From assembly GCF_036321535.1 (NCBI RefSeq), contig NC_087437.1, forward strand, positions 99,822,001 to 99,886,000: a stretch of 64,000 bases of DNA, read 5' to 3'. Positions 23,801 through 38,309 of this stretch are shown piece after piece (within the stretch, counting starts at the first letter, position 1; every line of letters starts with the position of its first letter). The notes under the pieces were generated by a model. It worked only from the letters and a program-made list of their open reading frames with translations. It ran no database searches and was not told where the DNA came from. A program made the position numbers and the translations under genes. Source of the DNA: Camelus dromedarius (taxonomy: Eukaryota).

Positions 23801-25809
23801 ATTGGCTCAGTACCAAATTAGATACTATGAGAGATAAACATGATGTAAATGAATTAATCAACGTATTTTCAAGGAGTTTATAATCTTGTCAGGGAGAAGA
23901 TACTAATGTACACTAATGTATAGCCATCAATGTTTAGAAGTGCACAATGCAAGGGCTGAAATATGAGGCAAGAACCACTCCTGAACTACACTGAAGATTT
24001 GTAACAAATATCCATAAGTAATTTCTCTAAGCCATTTGTATATCCCCTAATTTTCACAGTCTTCTGAGCTTACTTGTTACCGTTTACCTATAATCCAAGT
24101 CCCACCCTCATGAACACAGGAAGTCCATGCACCATTTCAGCTGTTGAGGCCCCCACAACATGGATGCACTTATACATCTAGACTCTCACTTGTCACCACT
24201 CAGTTTTGACTACACGGCCAGAGTTCTTCAGCTATTGCCTCTGTCCATCCCATTTTTGGATCTCTTTGCTGAGCCCATTCTGCCCATTCAGGTTCATCCC
24301 AAGACTTGGATCTATACCCATGGATATGTACTTTGGCTTCCCTACAACAATTTACTTGAGATTGTGCTGGTTTAACAAATTGAACAGAAGCCTTAAGGAT
24401 TGCATCAAGATTTACACTGCAGAAAAATAAACTTAAAATTGGTTATAAAGTAACATGTCCCCTGAAATATATTCCCTACGCTGGCTCTTTTCTGCCCAAG
24501 CCATTTTATAAGACCCTTCTACCTTCTGCTGGAGTCAGATATCCTTCCCTCCCAACTACAGAGATCTCCAACCTCTTTTCTTTGGTTTCCCCACTGCAAA
24601 CCCCAAAATTAGTTAACATGACAACATCTCAGAGGTGTGGCCCTGATCTAAATAAAGCCAGATTTTTATATAATTGATAAAGCCCTTTAAACCCACTCAG
24701 CTCAAACATGTCCTACAGAGTAAGCTTTGGGTCTTACTAAGATTTATAACTCCAATGCACTGCAGAGGAAAACAAAGACTTATTTCTAGGCTTCTAGGAA
24801 TCTAATATGATTAGCAGACTAGGTAGACCCTGAAACTACCTGTTCTTTACACTGGAATCTTTAATATTCAAATGAGAGAAAAAAATCAAGACACTATTTG
24901 TTGAATTCTGCTCAAAAATGCAGTACAATTTATCAATTTTTTGGTGTTACTCATGCAAATACAATATAAAACTACCTTACATTTCAACAATTCCTATGCA
25001 TCTGTAATTGCTGAAAGAATTCACACAGTACAGGGTACATACTTCTGTGGAAAGAGTTTAAAATCATTAGCCATTTTATGACTGGAATCCAATATTTTAA
25101 TTGATAGTTAATTTTTAAAATAATTACATTCCTGAAAACTCTACATTCTTAGGCAGTGATAAAGTTCAGTGTAGCAAAATTTGTGTACCATTTAACAGTA
25201 AAGTTTTTCAGTTCCCAATAGGTCCCACTGGGGTCTGTAAAGAAATGTATTTATTCTTTCTCTGTTTCCTAGATTCATCTTTGTTTTCCTTTCTATGATA
25301 GTATTGAAAATTAAGTGAACCCAGAATTTTCAATAGAGAGCCCTCTCCGTTATGGAAAACTAAACCATGATTGCAATTTAGATATTCTGGAGAATCCACA
25401 AGGAAGCACAAGTCTCTCTAAGAGCTGTGCTTTTAACTTCCATCTCAAATAGCTCAGCAAGCTTTCAAAAAATAGTAAAGGATACACTTGCTTTAGGAGA
25501 CTCAGAAGTAACTGGGCACAGAAGCAAGTGCAGAGCTCTGTGGCGGCCCCCTAAAGACCTCCTGGTGGCCTCATGTTACGCCCTTAAATCTTTTGTTCAA
25601 CAAATATTTACTGAATGTCTGCTAAGGAAGGTGTTATGCTGGGAACCGACGAGTCAATGATGAACAAGAAAGCCAAATATTGACCTTCAAGAAGCCTATA
25701 CAACAACTGAAGAGACAAATGATGACCAAAGACACACATAAATGAATAAAATAACTACACATTGTATTGAATGCAAAGAAGAAGATAAAAACAAGGTTAT
25801 GATAAAGCG

Positions 25810-26510
25810 AAAAGAAATTTGAATGTTCTTAAACATATGAAAAGAAATTCTAAACTCAAAAAGTAAAAAATATAAATTAAAGCTACAGTGATAGTGTTTT
25901 TTACCCACCTTATTGATAAAGACTGAAAAGTGTGATAGCACATTCTATAGGTAAGAGTGAAAAAAAGGGTATTTTGATCATGAATGTCAATCAATCCATC
26001 TTGTATGGAAAGTAATTGGGCAATATTTATCAATATAGAAAAAAAACATAACTTTTGACCCTCATTTCAGAAATAGCACTATGGGCTATACATACTTCCT
26101 CATTTGTGCAAAATGGTGTCACGTACAAAGTTATTTATTGTAATGTGTTTTTAGTAACAAGATTGGAAAATATCTAATCATCCATCAATGAAATAGCAGT
26201 TTAATAAGTTATACTACATATATAAATTAGAATGCAATATAGCCATAAAAGAGAAGGAGAACACAGTTTTTTGTTTGCTTGCAGATACTGGCCAATCTAT
26301 AAGAGTATTAAGTGAAAATAATTAAGACCATACAGTTTACATGCTATGCTAAAAAAAAGGGTGTATATTTTTGTTTGTATATGCCCAAAATAGCTCTGAG
26401 AGTGGAATGGGAGGGAGAGTTTTTCCTATAAACATATTTCCTTTTGTATCTTGTAAATTTTGAATTATGCAAATACATTGTGTTTTTAAATATGTAAATG
26501 TTTTTAGAAA
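25810..26510 (+). mobile_element. Very old L1 (L1ME-like) 3' region
   Basis: gattggaaaatatctaatcatccatcaatg...aatgcaatatagccataaaa resembles a decayed ORF2 C-terminus and 3' UTR. Confidence 0.65.
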
Positions 26511-27499
26511 AATGAAAATTCCTCATAGTGTCTCGACTGTGCAATTCATATTACTAGCCTATAAGCTACAGGGTCCAAGAATAAAGTTCTTGAGAAACAT
26601 ATTGATTATAGCAAGTCCAATTAAAATAATACATGGTAGACTCTATTAGATTCAAGGTGCTGTGCTCTTGGGATATAAAATTAAAACAAAGGCCTTTCAG
26701 AGAATACATCTATCTCAAAGAGGAACTGGATATTTCCATCAAAGGTAAATGGTGATAAATGTAATTAGTAGAACAAGGACTTTACAGTCTCACTATACCT
26801 TTCAAAATTCTTCCAGAGTTACCATAAACTACTGGGTTTAAATAATTACTGAAAGTTTCTACTGTATTGTTTATAAAATGCTGTTTATTTAAGTAAATCC
26901 CTAAGGTATTGAGGGACAGACTCTTCAAATATTACTGGCATATACGTGATAAAAACTATTCATTCAAATATATGGAAAAGAAATTCCAAGGAAATCTGCT
27001 TTAAGCCTTTATTTAATTATATTTATTCTTAAGATTATACAAAAACTCCCAGTCAGAAATCTAATGTTTCCCCCCCAAAAACATAGAATACATTCCCAAT
27101 AACACAGTTTGCAGATAAATTAACTATTTTAAAATAATTCAATGTGTTCTGTTTATCTTCTATTAGTGACCACTTCATTTTCTACTCATAGTTTTATTAA
27201 ATGATTTTGAAAGGACAGTGATGCATACAAACTACATATTTTTGTTATTGTTGCTTAAACATAAGCAAACTTGAGATCCATGAAAGCTCTATAATATCCC
27301 CAAAGCAAGAGGGAAAAAGGGAAAAACAGAAATGAGTACTCAAAACAGAAATACAAGACTAGAAATCTGAATGTCATAAAAAAATGATACAAATAAATCA
27401 CTTCTATTTCCCTCTCTCTTGAGGAGTGGATGCAGAATTTATGTATCTTAAAGTGTATACAATCAGGGAGTGGCTTTTTAAGAATAAAAGTAATATACA

Positions 27500-27596
27500 T
27501 ACAAATGCAAATTGAGATACAGGGCCTTCAAAGGGGCCTTTGCAAGTGGGAGACCCTGAAGCTTAAGCTCCTTTTGCTTCACAGAAATCCACTCTG
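27500..27596 (-). mobile_element. hAT-type DNA transposon remnant (MER69A-like)
   Basis: gggccttcaaaggggcctttgcaagtgggagaccctgaagcttaagct...ttcacagaaatccactctg resembles a recalled hAT-Tip100 terminus. Confidence 0.5.
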
Positions 27597-28227
27597 CTTT
27601 TCTTAGCAAACAGAATTTTCCTTAAACTTCATTGTCTGCTTTAACCTGAATATTTATTTAGGAGAGGAGATGTAAATATCAATAAAGTCATAGGTAATTG
27701 AAAAAAGTTTTCCATCTTGCTGTCTAGATTACACTCCCATTTTTTTTTTTTAGATTTTCTTCATTTGACAAAGAAAGTAAAATTAAATCTGCTATATCAG
27801 ATTCAGAACAAACGAGAAATTTCCACTCACAGAACATAGCATCTTGCAATCCAATTTACATACTGTTCTTTTAGCCCACGTGTGGAAATTCAACAATGGT
27901 TTTTTTCATTCCTCACAAGTGGTTCGCAGTAGCAGTTCTGACAATCAATTCTCCCACCATCGAGCATTTATTAGTATGAGAGCACCCAGCTCTTTTCTCC
28001 CTAAGAGTGCCCCTCTTTTCAGTCTTGATGGCATAGACATGCTGAATTTCCCTCGACAGTAAGTAAAAAGCAGACATTTCTAAGCTTTCTCTCTTTCACT
28101 ATGCTGGGTCGGGGAGTAGGAAGCAGCTTCAACCAATTCCGGTAACCATGTTGTCTAACTCTCATAACAGGGAAAATGATGGAGGAAGAGAGCAGGCAGA
28201 AGTTCTGAGAAGCATCCCCTGGTTATT

Positions 28228-28241
28228 GTTGCTAGGGCAAC
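28228..28241. promoter_or_regulatory. RFX X-box motif GTTGCTAGGGCAAC
   Basis: Near-palindromic match to GTNRCY-N2-RGYAAC in a repeat-poor segment; a second half-site GTAACCATG lies at 28142-28150. Confidence 0.6.
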
Positions 28242-28323
28242 CGCTACTTGGCATCCTCTAAATAGTCATCGTCTGTCACACTTGGGGTATAATTCACAGG
28301 CATGCAATACATCCGAGTGGACT

Positions 28324-28357
28324 GGGTGGGTAGGGAAAAGGTGGGGGAGGGGTGGGG
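28324..28357 (+). other. G-quadruplex-capable motif
   Basis: gggtgggtagggaaaaggtgggggaggggtgggg has six runs of 3 or more G. Confidence 0.6.
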
Positions 28358-29569
28358 AATTCTTGTAAATAAATGAAAGAATTTTAAATCAGCACATAAA
28401 CAAATGTACATGACTAATATTCAGAAAGAAGAGAGAGGATAGGCATAAGAGGAATACAATTTTGAAAATATGAGTGTCATTGCTAAATATTAGTGTTTTC
28501 CTTATTGCACAAATTAGTTAGCCTCTACCTCTTCACCATAATTCTCTCCTGGTCTTCTTCCTTTTCTAGGAATCCCTTATTACTCCAAATACTAGCCTTC
28601 TGTAGTATGGCTTCAGACTAAATATATGCAAAGATGTATATGTCATTTTCCTTTTTACAATCCTTAAGAAAGCAAAAAATGTTTAAAAATTCTTCATTGT
28701 TTACCACAGTATCTAACTCAGAAGCTGACCTGGCTTTGTTATAAGAGAAGATAAAGTATTTATTATCCAAATAATCATTGATAAAAACATTCAAGAGCCC
28801 TGAAATATCCTTGCTAAATCTAAGTTGTGCATTTTGTTTTCCTTAGGCCTTTCTATCTTAGACCCGGGTGTCTGCTTAATCTTTCTAATCACTGCTTCTT
28901 TCCTTAACATTGCAGGAAAGTTATTTTATACATTGGGGGTGGGGTGGGGAATGCTACACTGCTCAAATTCAGACAGCAGAAAAGAGAGCCTTAAAAATAT
29001 CTATCATCAAAATCACATAAAGCCCCAAGAGTTTCAATCTCCTCTTAGCTTTTGCTGGTGTCAGCATCATAAAAACTGTGAAGGAAACTCATACCAATAT
29101 ACCACATTTACAAAATGAGTTTAATAGCAAAGGCATTTTTGGGAGCAAGTGGGAAGAAGGAAAAAGAATTTTAACCAAATTGCACTGAATGAATAAAAAA
29201 AAAGCATTATGGATTATAAAGGAAGGAATAAAAATCAGAAAAAGCAACTGTTGGTAATGGCATCACCAAAAGCTTTTCTTTTCCCTTTAGAGAGAATTGC
29301 TAAAGTCCTCTTATGAAAGTCAAAATTATACTTTCATATAACCAAAATAATAAAACTAGACACCAAAGCAAATAAAGAAAAAATAATTATTTAGTTACTA
29401 GGCTTAACATTGCATGTTGGTTCCAATAAGCCAGCCAAGCTTCAGTGTTATTTTACACGTTTATTTTTAATGGAATCACCCAAATTTCGTTAACCAGTAC
29501 ACTCACTGCATGAAACTCCAGGGAAAGGATAATCACGTAATGATAGCCATAATAAAAAATGATAGTTTA

Positions 29570-30430
29570 TTTTTGCTAATTATGAGTGATTCAGTATATT
29601 ATAGATTATATCATATAAGATTATTATAAAATATTGGCTATATTCCTTGTGCTGTACATTACAACCTTGTATCTAATTTATTTTATACCTAATGGTTTGT
29701 ACCTTTTAATCTCCTTTACCTATTTTTCTCCTTCCCCCAACCCTCTCCCTTCTGATAACCAATAGTTTGTTCTCTGTATCTGTGAGTCTGTTTGGGCTTT
29801 GATATATTCACTAATTTGTTTTATTTTTTAGATTCCACATATAAGTGAAAATATACACTATTTGGTTTTCTCTGTCTGACTTATTTCACTAAGCATAATA
29901 CCCTCCAGGTCCATTCATGTTGTTGCAAATAGCAAAATGTCATTCTTTTTTATGGCCGAGAAATATTTTATTTGTGTGTGTGTGTGTGTGTGTGCGGGTG
30001 TGTATGTATGTGTATATACATATATACACACACCACATCTTTATCCAGTCATCTGTCGATGGACATTCAGGCTGCTTGTATATCTTGGCTATTGTAAATA
30101 GTGCTGCTATGAACATTAGTGTGCATGTATGATTTCAAATTAGTGTTTTCGTTTTCTTTGAATATATACCCAGGAATGGGGTTGCTGGATCATCTGTTAG
30201 TTCTAGTTTTAATTTTTTGAGGAACCCTCATATTGTTTTCCAAAGTGGCTGTACCAATATACAATCCCCAAACAGTGTAGGAGGGTTCCCTTTTCTCCAC
30301 ATCCTGGCAAACTCTTGTTATTTCTTGTCTTTTTGATGACAAGCCATTCTGACAGGTATATGGTGATTTCTCATTGTGGCTCAATTTGCATTTCCCTGAT
30401 GATTAGTAATGTTGAGTATCTTTTCATGTG
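29570..30430 (-). mobile_element. 5'-truncated L1 (ORF2 C-terminus plus 3' UTR), inserted in a MIR
   Basis: ttttagattccacatataagtga...ccctccaggtccattcatgttgttgcaaat...tttgcatttccctgatgattagtaatgttgag; MIR-like sequence resumes at about 30431-30620. Confidence 0.92.
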
Positions 30431-31080
30431 TGAAGCATATATTATCTGCCAGACACTATCATAAAATGTATAGGGTTATTCACTTATTGCTCATATACAA
30501 TTATGAGGAAGGAGCAATTAAGTTATTCTTATTGTACATGTTAAGGCATTAAAGCACATAGACGCTATGTAACATGCATAACAAAGAAGTGGTAGTACCA
30601 AGACAGAACCTCCATTTTTCATATTAATGTCACATATTGTAGGGATCTGACTGGATGCCCAGTCTCCACATGGGCCTGTGATCTCTCTTTGCCTGGAGTA
30701 CTGCTTCTGTGAGTTTGGGCTGCAGCTTCCCTATGGAACACTCACCTGTCTATGGAAGATGCTAGAATTGTCCTTTTTTCTGGATCTCTGGTCCCCACCT
30801 CAGATCTCTTTTTACACTTACATTTTCACTGAACCTCAATATTGCAAGTTGAAGCAACTGAGAGTCTCATCTATGTATCCTCAGCCTTCCCCTTGCCCTG
30901 GGGATTCTTTACTGGCATCATGTTGCCCAGGGAGATATCCAACACTTAGTAGTGTCCTCTGCTACTTCCTACTTTGTTGCTTTGGTTTCAGCACCTTGGA
31001 TATTGGACCATTTGGTTTTGTATTTCCTATACTTTGTACTTTGGGAGTTGATTTCTAGAAAAAAACCACCTCCTTCCCTA

Positions 31081-31108
<28 letters not shown>
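31081..31108. repeat. (AC)n microsatellite
   Basis: Direct dinucleotide run. Confidence 0.95.
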
Positions 31109-31111
<3 letters not shown>

Positions 31112-34100
31112 AGAATACTCTGCCTCTTGATAATTTTTATGCTGATTTCACAATCATACAGAATCCAATTGCCCGGCATAACATGACCTGTGACCTACTA
31201 TTAAGGATGAACCTCTCATGGGAATAAATTCTTAAAGAGAGCAAGGAGTCTTGCTAATTTTTATATCTGCATCCCAGATAAATACCTAGTGCTATTCCTT
31301 ATGCACAGAGAATTTCAATAAATGATTGTAATTTAAATGGGATCATACGCCAAGAAACTAGCTTTTTAATTTACATTAATGAGCATACTAATCAGCAGAG
31401 GCTAGGTTGTGCACTAACAAGCACACCCCAATCTCAGTGGCTTCTCATAACAAAAGTTTTTGTTTCTACTCACCTCGTTCGTGCCTTGCCAGTTAGCATG
31501 AGGATTCTGCTCATCACAGTCATTTATGTTCCAGAGGACTGAGAGAGAGAGACTGGATGGATCCAAACTTTAATTTCACTCATAAAATCTCCCAATAATG
31601 AATACAAGTTTTATTTTAAAAAGGGTGTTATCAAGATTCAGTGTGTCCGAATTTTACGTAGGAAAATCATTTGGTGGAAGATCAGATTCCGACCTAGCGC
31701 CATGATTCACACGTGGTATAGAGAGTCAGTGGGTCCAAGATTATCTTCCCAAACAGTGAGTGTATTACAAGAGTCACAGAGAATAGGAAACAGCTGTTTC
31801 TTCACCCAATTAGTACTTGCTTTAGAAAGTAATGAGGAAACACTGCAGATAGTCTAGAAGGATGAAAAAAATGTAACGTCAGTGTATGGTTACTTTTATA
31901 GAGTGAGTCCTGATTGTTTGACTTTTCCACTTTTCCAATGTGAAATCTATCGCTCCTTTGAGCTTTATTTATGCTTTACAGATTATTTCTGAAATGTGCA
32001 CCAGGAAAATCAAGTACTCTAGCAATGTTTTCCAAACTTCAGAGATTCTTCCAAGCATGTTACTGTGTCCTGTGTCCTGCCTTACCATGTACATCTATAT
32101 TGTGTTTACTCCTGGACATTCAGACGTAACTGACCATTTGGGGGATTACAAACAGGACAAAACAAAACAGCATCAATTTAATGGGGAGTGAGAATACTCC
32201 TAGGGAAAATCTATTCCTGGGGAATCATGGATCCTGGAACTACGACTTGACCTAGTTATAAGACCTCCATTATCAGCGGGGAATAGAGATTCTGAGTACA
32301 GTGTGACAGCTTTTGTAAAAATCTGATGCTGGCCCCAGCCCTTGCATGCAAATTCACATGTTACGGAAAGGGAAGCCTAAAAGCATACTAAAAGGCTAGA
32401 TTTGCTGAACTCTGTCACACACCGGTGCCCAAGAAACACTGTGTTTGAACTTCACAAAAGAGAGAGAGCTTTTTTCTATAATCTCCTCTATAATTGCCAC
32501 ACAGTTTTGGGGATCCCTTGGGACCCCAAACCACTAAAAGAGAATGTCTCCTCCTAGCAGAGCAACAAAACCAACGACCACACTCTAAAGTGGAAAATAA
32601 GTCATGCCAGTGCCTGCTACATCAAGAAGAATGACAGGGTCTGCTTTGCTGGCAGAGGGGAGGCAGCCATCGGATGGGAGATTCTGGATCTGCTAGCACA
32701 TAGCAGCGAACGTTCCCACCACACCCGGAGAGCGGCAAGTATATGCTCTATGACTGGTGGAACTGGAGCAGTCATCAGGGGATAAGCTGTGCTGCCTAAA
32801 GCAGGGGCAAGGAGAAGAGGCAGAGCATTGTACATCTGAGGACCCCCAGGCTTGGACAGTGGCCACAGCAGCAAGGAACAACTATGCCATGCAGAGCAGT
32901 TTTGGCATTGTCCAGTTATTTCTGTACATGTGTGCTTACTTAGAACATGTGATGGACCCTTGGAGACCAGCATGTATGAATCCAGAGTCTTTGCAGGAAG
33001 CAAAATACATGCATGATTAGTAGATGAGGATAATTAGCTTTCTTATTAATTTAGGCATGTATATGACCTCATGTATACTCATCAGCTGGCGAGGCTGGGA
33101 AAGTTCATATTTCCTAGTGTCATTATTTTCAAACATATAGGTAATTTCGTATTAAATTATGCAGCATATTTGTTACTGGCAGTTAAAGGGGCAATTTGAT
33201 TCCCCCATAAATTGTTTGCAAAGCATACCAGGGGATAGAAAACTTTTAGAAAGATTATATTTTGAAAACCGATCCAAAATATGATTTGTGGATTGTTCTC
33301 AGCATAAGCCAAGAGAAGCAATCCTTCCTTACCTAAGTGTTTTATGCTTTCCAGGAGTTCTGTTTCAACTATCTTTTGCCCTAATAATTTATTTTCTGAA
33401 ATGTGACAATCCTTTGAAAATATAATTACTTTAATTCTCTGCAAAGAACATGCCAGGTCAACAGCTGTTTTTGAGCCTTCTTTGTCCCTTTTTTTCTGCT
33501 ATTTGTGGCTTTGTGTGTGTGTGTGTGTGCGCGCACATGCATGTTCTTATTTGCATCAAACACTTCTAGAAGAAGTATCTCTCAAAGGAAGCCACAATTC
33601 CAAATAAGGGGGTGGGAAAAGAATTTTTGAATTCTTTGTGAAGTGAGTTTGAAAATAAACCCTCTTTATAGTGTAAATTACATCCTGGAGGTTTGTACAT
33701 ACTAGGAGCTCAATAAACATTTGTTGAGTGATGGAATCATATTTTTATAAATTTAATTAGGGGTTAAATTGAAAGCTCAATTGATCTGTTTTCCAAGATG
33801 ATACAGAAATTACTTCTATGTTCCCTAACTTGACAAATTCGGTCTCTAGAACCAAGAAAAAGCATGGGTCCCCCTATATGAGGTCTTGATTCCAAGTGTA
33901 TACATTTATCTGGAGAATTCTTACTTACACTGAGTTGAAAATTTACCTCTCCAAAACACCACCCATTAGGCCTAGTGATTTTCTGTGAAGCACACAGAGA
34001 AAATCTACCACCTAACTTACAGAAGATAACCTCAAATATTTTAAAGCAGTCATTATTTTCCTTCTTAGGGACCTCTTTTCAGTTTAATATCTCCAATTTC

Positions 34101-35199
34101 AACCATTAGTTGTATATCCTTCCTCACCCAGGCCATTCTTCCCTTTATTTCATCCAATTTGTCATAATCCTGTTAAATTGTAATCCTTAGAATGAAATGC
34201 AAAGTTTCCATTAAAAACTAATTAGCATGTATGGTTCATTCTTTCAATAAATATTTAATGAACATCTATTATAAGCCAGATATTGTAGTGAGGACCAGTG
34301 GTTAAACAAGACAGGTAGCCTTTACCTGCCTTAGGAGGCTTGAAGTCAAATATGGTATAAATACTAAATTACAACTGTGGTAAGTTTACAATCAGAATAG
34401 GTATGAAATTTCTTTCTCTGGACATAATAATTACATTACAGATATCTGAAATTATGCTGGTATTTTTAATATCCATATCAAAATTGTAATTTTACACTAA
34501 TAAAACTAGTGGTCATTCATGTTTTCATATAATTTTCTAATACAGTCAGCCATAAAAATAGACATAAATGGCTATGAGTGTCTCAGAATGTGTGAAAGAA
34601 GCAAAACCAGAAAAGGAAAAGCCTAAGGGAAAACATGATAAAACATCTCTATATTTCTGATAAATTATAACTTGTAAAAGGAAAGCATATGCTTAAACAA
34701 AATACAAAAATAATAAACCCAGAAAACATAAAGAGCAAAGAGTTTTGTTTTCCCTTGAGAGAGCATTTCTCAATGGACAGAGTACCAAAATAAAAATTAG
34801 AAAACTGGACATTAATCCATATAGTTTAGGCTAAAATTACTTACTCTCCTTGAAGCTTATTATCCTTATCAGAAATACGGAACTTAAAAATCCCCTTCTT
34901 TCCTGATTATCATCACTAGTGCTAATTCATTTGATAACTCTTTGAGAATAAGATGAGATAATGTATGGAACTGCTTTAAAAATAATGCAAAGGTAACTAT
35001 TTGTTTTTACAGAGAAAGGAGAGAAATTGTGATTATAGTCAATACAGAATAGCAGGTGTTGACTTACTCTTACCATAAATAGAAATAAAATGGTATTGTC
35101 ATTCACAGATAGTGCAGAGCTGTGATCCTTAAAAAAGGAACACATGCCAGGTGGAATCCATACCTACCTCAGCCTCCCATCTGGAGGCTCAGTTTCTAA

Positions 35200-37125
35200 A
35201 CTGAGCCATAGAGAACTGGAGATAAATACAGAGCAACAGTACTGCTGGGCAGAGAAACAGAGATCAGAAGGATTTGGGGCTATTGAGGTAGCTGAAATTT
35301 ATGAAACAGAATACTGGGGAGGGGAGACATACACAGAGAAAAAAAAAAAATCCAGAAATCTACACAAGGTATCTCTTGATTCTTCTACAAATCTAAGTTG
35401 CATTTACACAGGGTGTGACATTGTGGAATCTGAAAGAGATCTAAATGGAAGCCAAACAAAAATTTTAGAGTTTTCTCAGTGCTGAGAATACTGGAGTTCT
35501 AACCAGTCATAGTAGATAATCATTACTAAAAAACCAATGACTTCCATTTCAGACTTCAGGAAGATCAACATTTTAGAGTACGGCTTTTCTAGATTTGCCT
35601 GATCCTTGACAAGATCAAGTTTATCAGTGAGTAAACTAATCACTTTCCAGAACAAAACAATATTCTTTAAAAGAGACTACATAATTTGAATTTGAGCAAT
35701 GTAACACTCATAAAATTCAGAATACAAATAAAAATACTAGACATGTGAATAAACAGAGAAAAAAAGAACAAACAGTCAATAGACACAGACACAGAGATGA
35801 CACAGATAGTAGAATTATGAGACAGGACATTTATATAGCTTTGATAAATACGTTAAAGGATTTAAAGGACAAAATGGATTTAATAAATATGAAAAATCTT
35901 ATTAGCAAAATGACAACTATAGAAAGATATTTTAAAAATTAAACAATACAACATCTGAAATTTTTTAAAAAATCACAAATTGGGTGCTGTTGAAGAAAGT
36001 TATCAGTGAATTGAAAATAGGCCATAAAAACCATGCAAACTGAAGCACATACTGTAAAAAAACAAGCAGACAAACAAAAAAATAAAAACAAAAACAAGTC
36101 TCAGTGATGTAAAGGTCAATATCAAGCACAGGTAAATATGTATAAAATTTTTTTAAAAATTAGCCCACATATTCAAAAACATAAGAAAAAACACAATTTG
36201 GATAAACACAAAGAAAAGCATACTTAGGCATATCACTGTCAAATGGCTAAAGCTCAAAGATAAATTGAAAAGTCATAAAGGCAGTGAAGTCAAAAACATT
36301 TTATACAGGAAAAATGTAACAAGAGAAATCACTGAATATAGGAAACTATATTAAAGTGTCCCCAGATGGGAACCAATGGAATATTTTTAAATGCTGGTAT
36401 TTTTTAGGAGTATGTAAATATAGAATTCAATACATTGCACAAAAAAACCCTCAAAAATAAAAAAAAATTTGTTAAACAAATATGAGTGAAATTATCACCA
36501 ATAGACTTAAAATTCCATTGATGTTAAAGAAAGTTCTTCTGAAGGAACAGATACCATATGGAAACTCAAATTTATTTGATGGAATGAAGAGCAGAAATGA
36601 TTAATATGTGGTTAAACATCATTTATGCTGTTATACTTTCCTAATTTTTAAAGCACAGTTGACTGTTTAAAATAAATATTAATAAAAATATGTTTTGAGG
36701 TTTATAACATATTTAGAAATAAATGATATGAAATAATAGCACAAAAATAGAAAAGAGGTAAGGAAAAGAATATTGTCATCAGATTCTTAGATTGTATGAG
36801 GTAATAGAATATTACTTTGAGGCAGATAGTGATAGTTTAAAATGTAACTTACTTTGAAAATAAAAATAAATGATGAAGGTGTATTTAATTACATAATGTA
36901 GGAGGTAAAGTGGGTTCCTAAATGTATCTGAATAATCCAACAGAAGGCAGTGTATTTAATGAGGCAGGAACCTCCTGATAACAAACAATAGGGAAAAAAG
37001 AAATAAAGAACAAATGGTACCACAGAAGACAAATAACAAGATGAAAACTTAAACCAAATAATAATCATAACTGTATTAAATGCAAGTAGACTAGACATTC
37101 CAATTAACAGATAATATCCAACCTG
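35200..37125 (+). mobile_element. Old L1M 5'/ORF1/inter-ORF region, decayed
   Basis: A-rich; atcagtgaattgaaaatagg, taggcatatcactgtcaaatggctaaa and taaatgcaagtagactagacattccaattaa resemble ORF1 and the ORF2 start. Confidence 0.7.
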
Positions 37126-37129
37126 CCAG

Positions 37130-38305
37130 AAACACGGAACAATGCTCAGCTCCCAGTATGTCACCATTTCAGGAGAAGACCAAACAGTTATATAGTGTCA
37201 ATTTGACAACATTAGACCCCCTTCACCCTGAATGATTCATCTGGACTGGAACTGACATATTCTGTATAGCTTTGCCTTTTCTGCTTCACAGGACCTCAGC
37301 CAGCACCAACATCCAAGCATTTACAGAGTATTATCTATAATCACAAAGACTGCATGAAACCAAGGGACTCATTTTATAGCAAGAGGTATGGCAGTGGGTA
37401 CACAACAATTGGATCCACTGGTCCTGATGCATACAACACCTCCCAGAAGCTGCCAGACCCACCTTCCAATAGAATGCCTTACTGAAGCTGCAAATGAGGC
37501 ACCAGCTCATATATGTTACTATGTGAGAATGAGTACCACCCTCAAGGATGCAAGATATCTGCTTAATTTATAACCAATATATGGTGCTGTGCTTTCAATT
37601 TATAGAAGTCATGGGTCCAAAAACCAAGATGTGAAAATGAAAGTATCTACCTGTTTACCATCACTTTTCTTAATCCATGCTCCTGGTCCTTGTAACACCG
37701 AATTCTGCAAAGGTCTTTGGAGATCCTGTTTATCCAAATGGTTAACTCCTCCAGTGGTGCCAACAACAGTCTGAATATATTTAACTCTCTGAAATATTCT
37801 CTGGCCACTCTCAACTCATGTCAAGAAACAAGTTGAAACACAGAAGAGTCCCTGATCTGAAGGGGTAAGTCCCTGATTATCAACAGGAGACAGAGCTGCT
37901 GTTACACAACAAAGGAATAGGTTTGGCACTCGGATGACATACCTGAACATTTCTGTCGTCTCCTTTGCACAATTTTACCAATTAACAAATGAGTGTAGCA
38001 GCCACACCCAAAGAATGGCTTGGTGACCAGGCTCTCAGTATCATCAGATATAAGGTTCCTTATTATGCTACCAAGTAAACCTCCTAAAAGATTCCAGTTG
38101 CTATCCAAAGGTAAGAGGAATCTTGAATGGCTAGTGGAGGATGGAGATAATGGGTATCAGTTGTGGCCAAAAGGCTCACTTCAGGGATAGAGGCCATAGT
38201 TTATCCCACTAAACTTTATTTTACATGCTTCCTCTGGGAAATGAGGCCCACCAGTGTCCTGACGGATCTGTTCCCAGGAATTTTATGAATCAACTGGACC
38301 CAAGT
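37130..38305 (+). mobile_element. ERVL internal remnant with integrase-core relic
   Basis: About 37361-37425 reads, with a frameshift, QGTHFIA-EVWQWVHNNWIHWS, resembling the ERVL integrase core (QGTHFTA.EV.QWA...GIHWSYH); followed by an LTR-like block. Confidence 0.75.
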
Positions 38306-38309
38306 GGCA

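Noticed and set aside
25540..25560. CTCF-like motif gcggccccctaaagac (a weaker one lies at about 5635)
   Set aside because: Mismatches in the core; cannot be supported without PWM scoring.
32617..33020. Overlapping ORFs on both strands in a GC-richer patch
   Set aside because: No recognisable motifs or convincing splice structure; expected by chance at this GC content.
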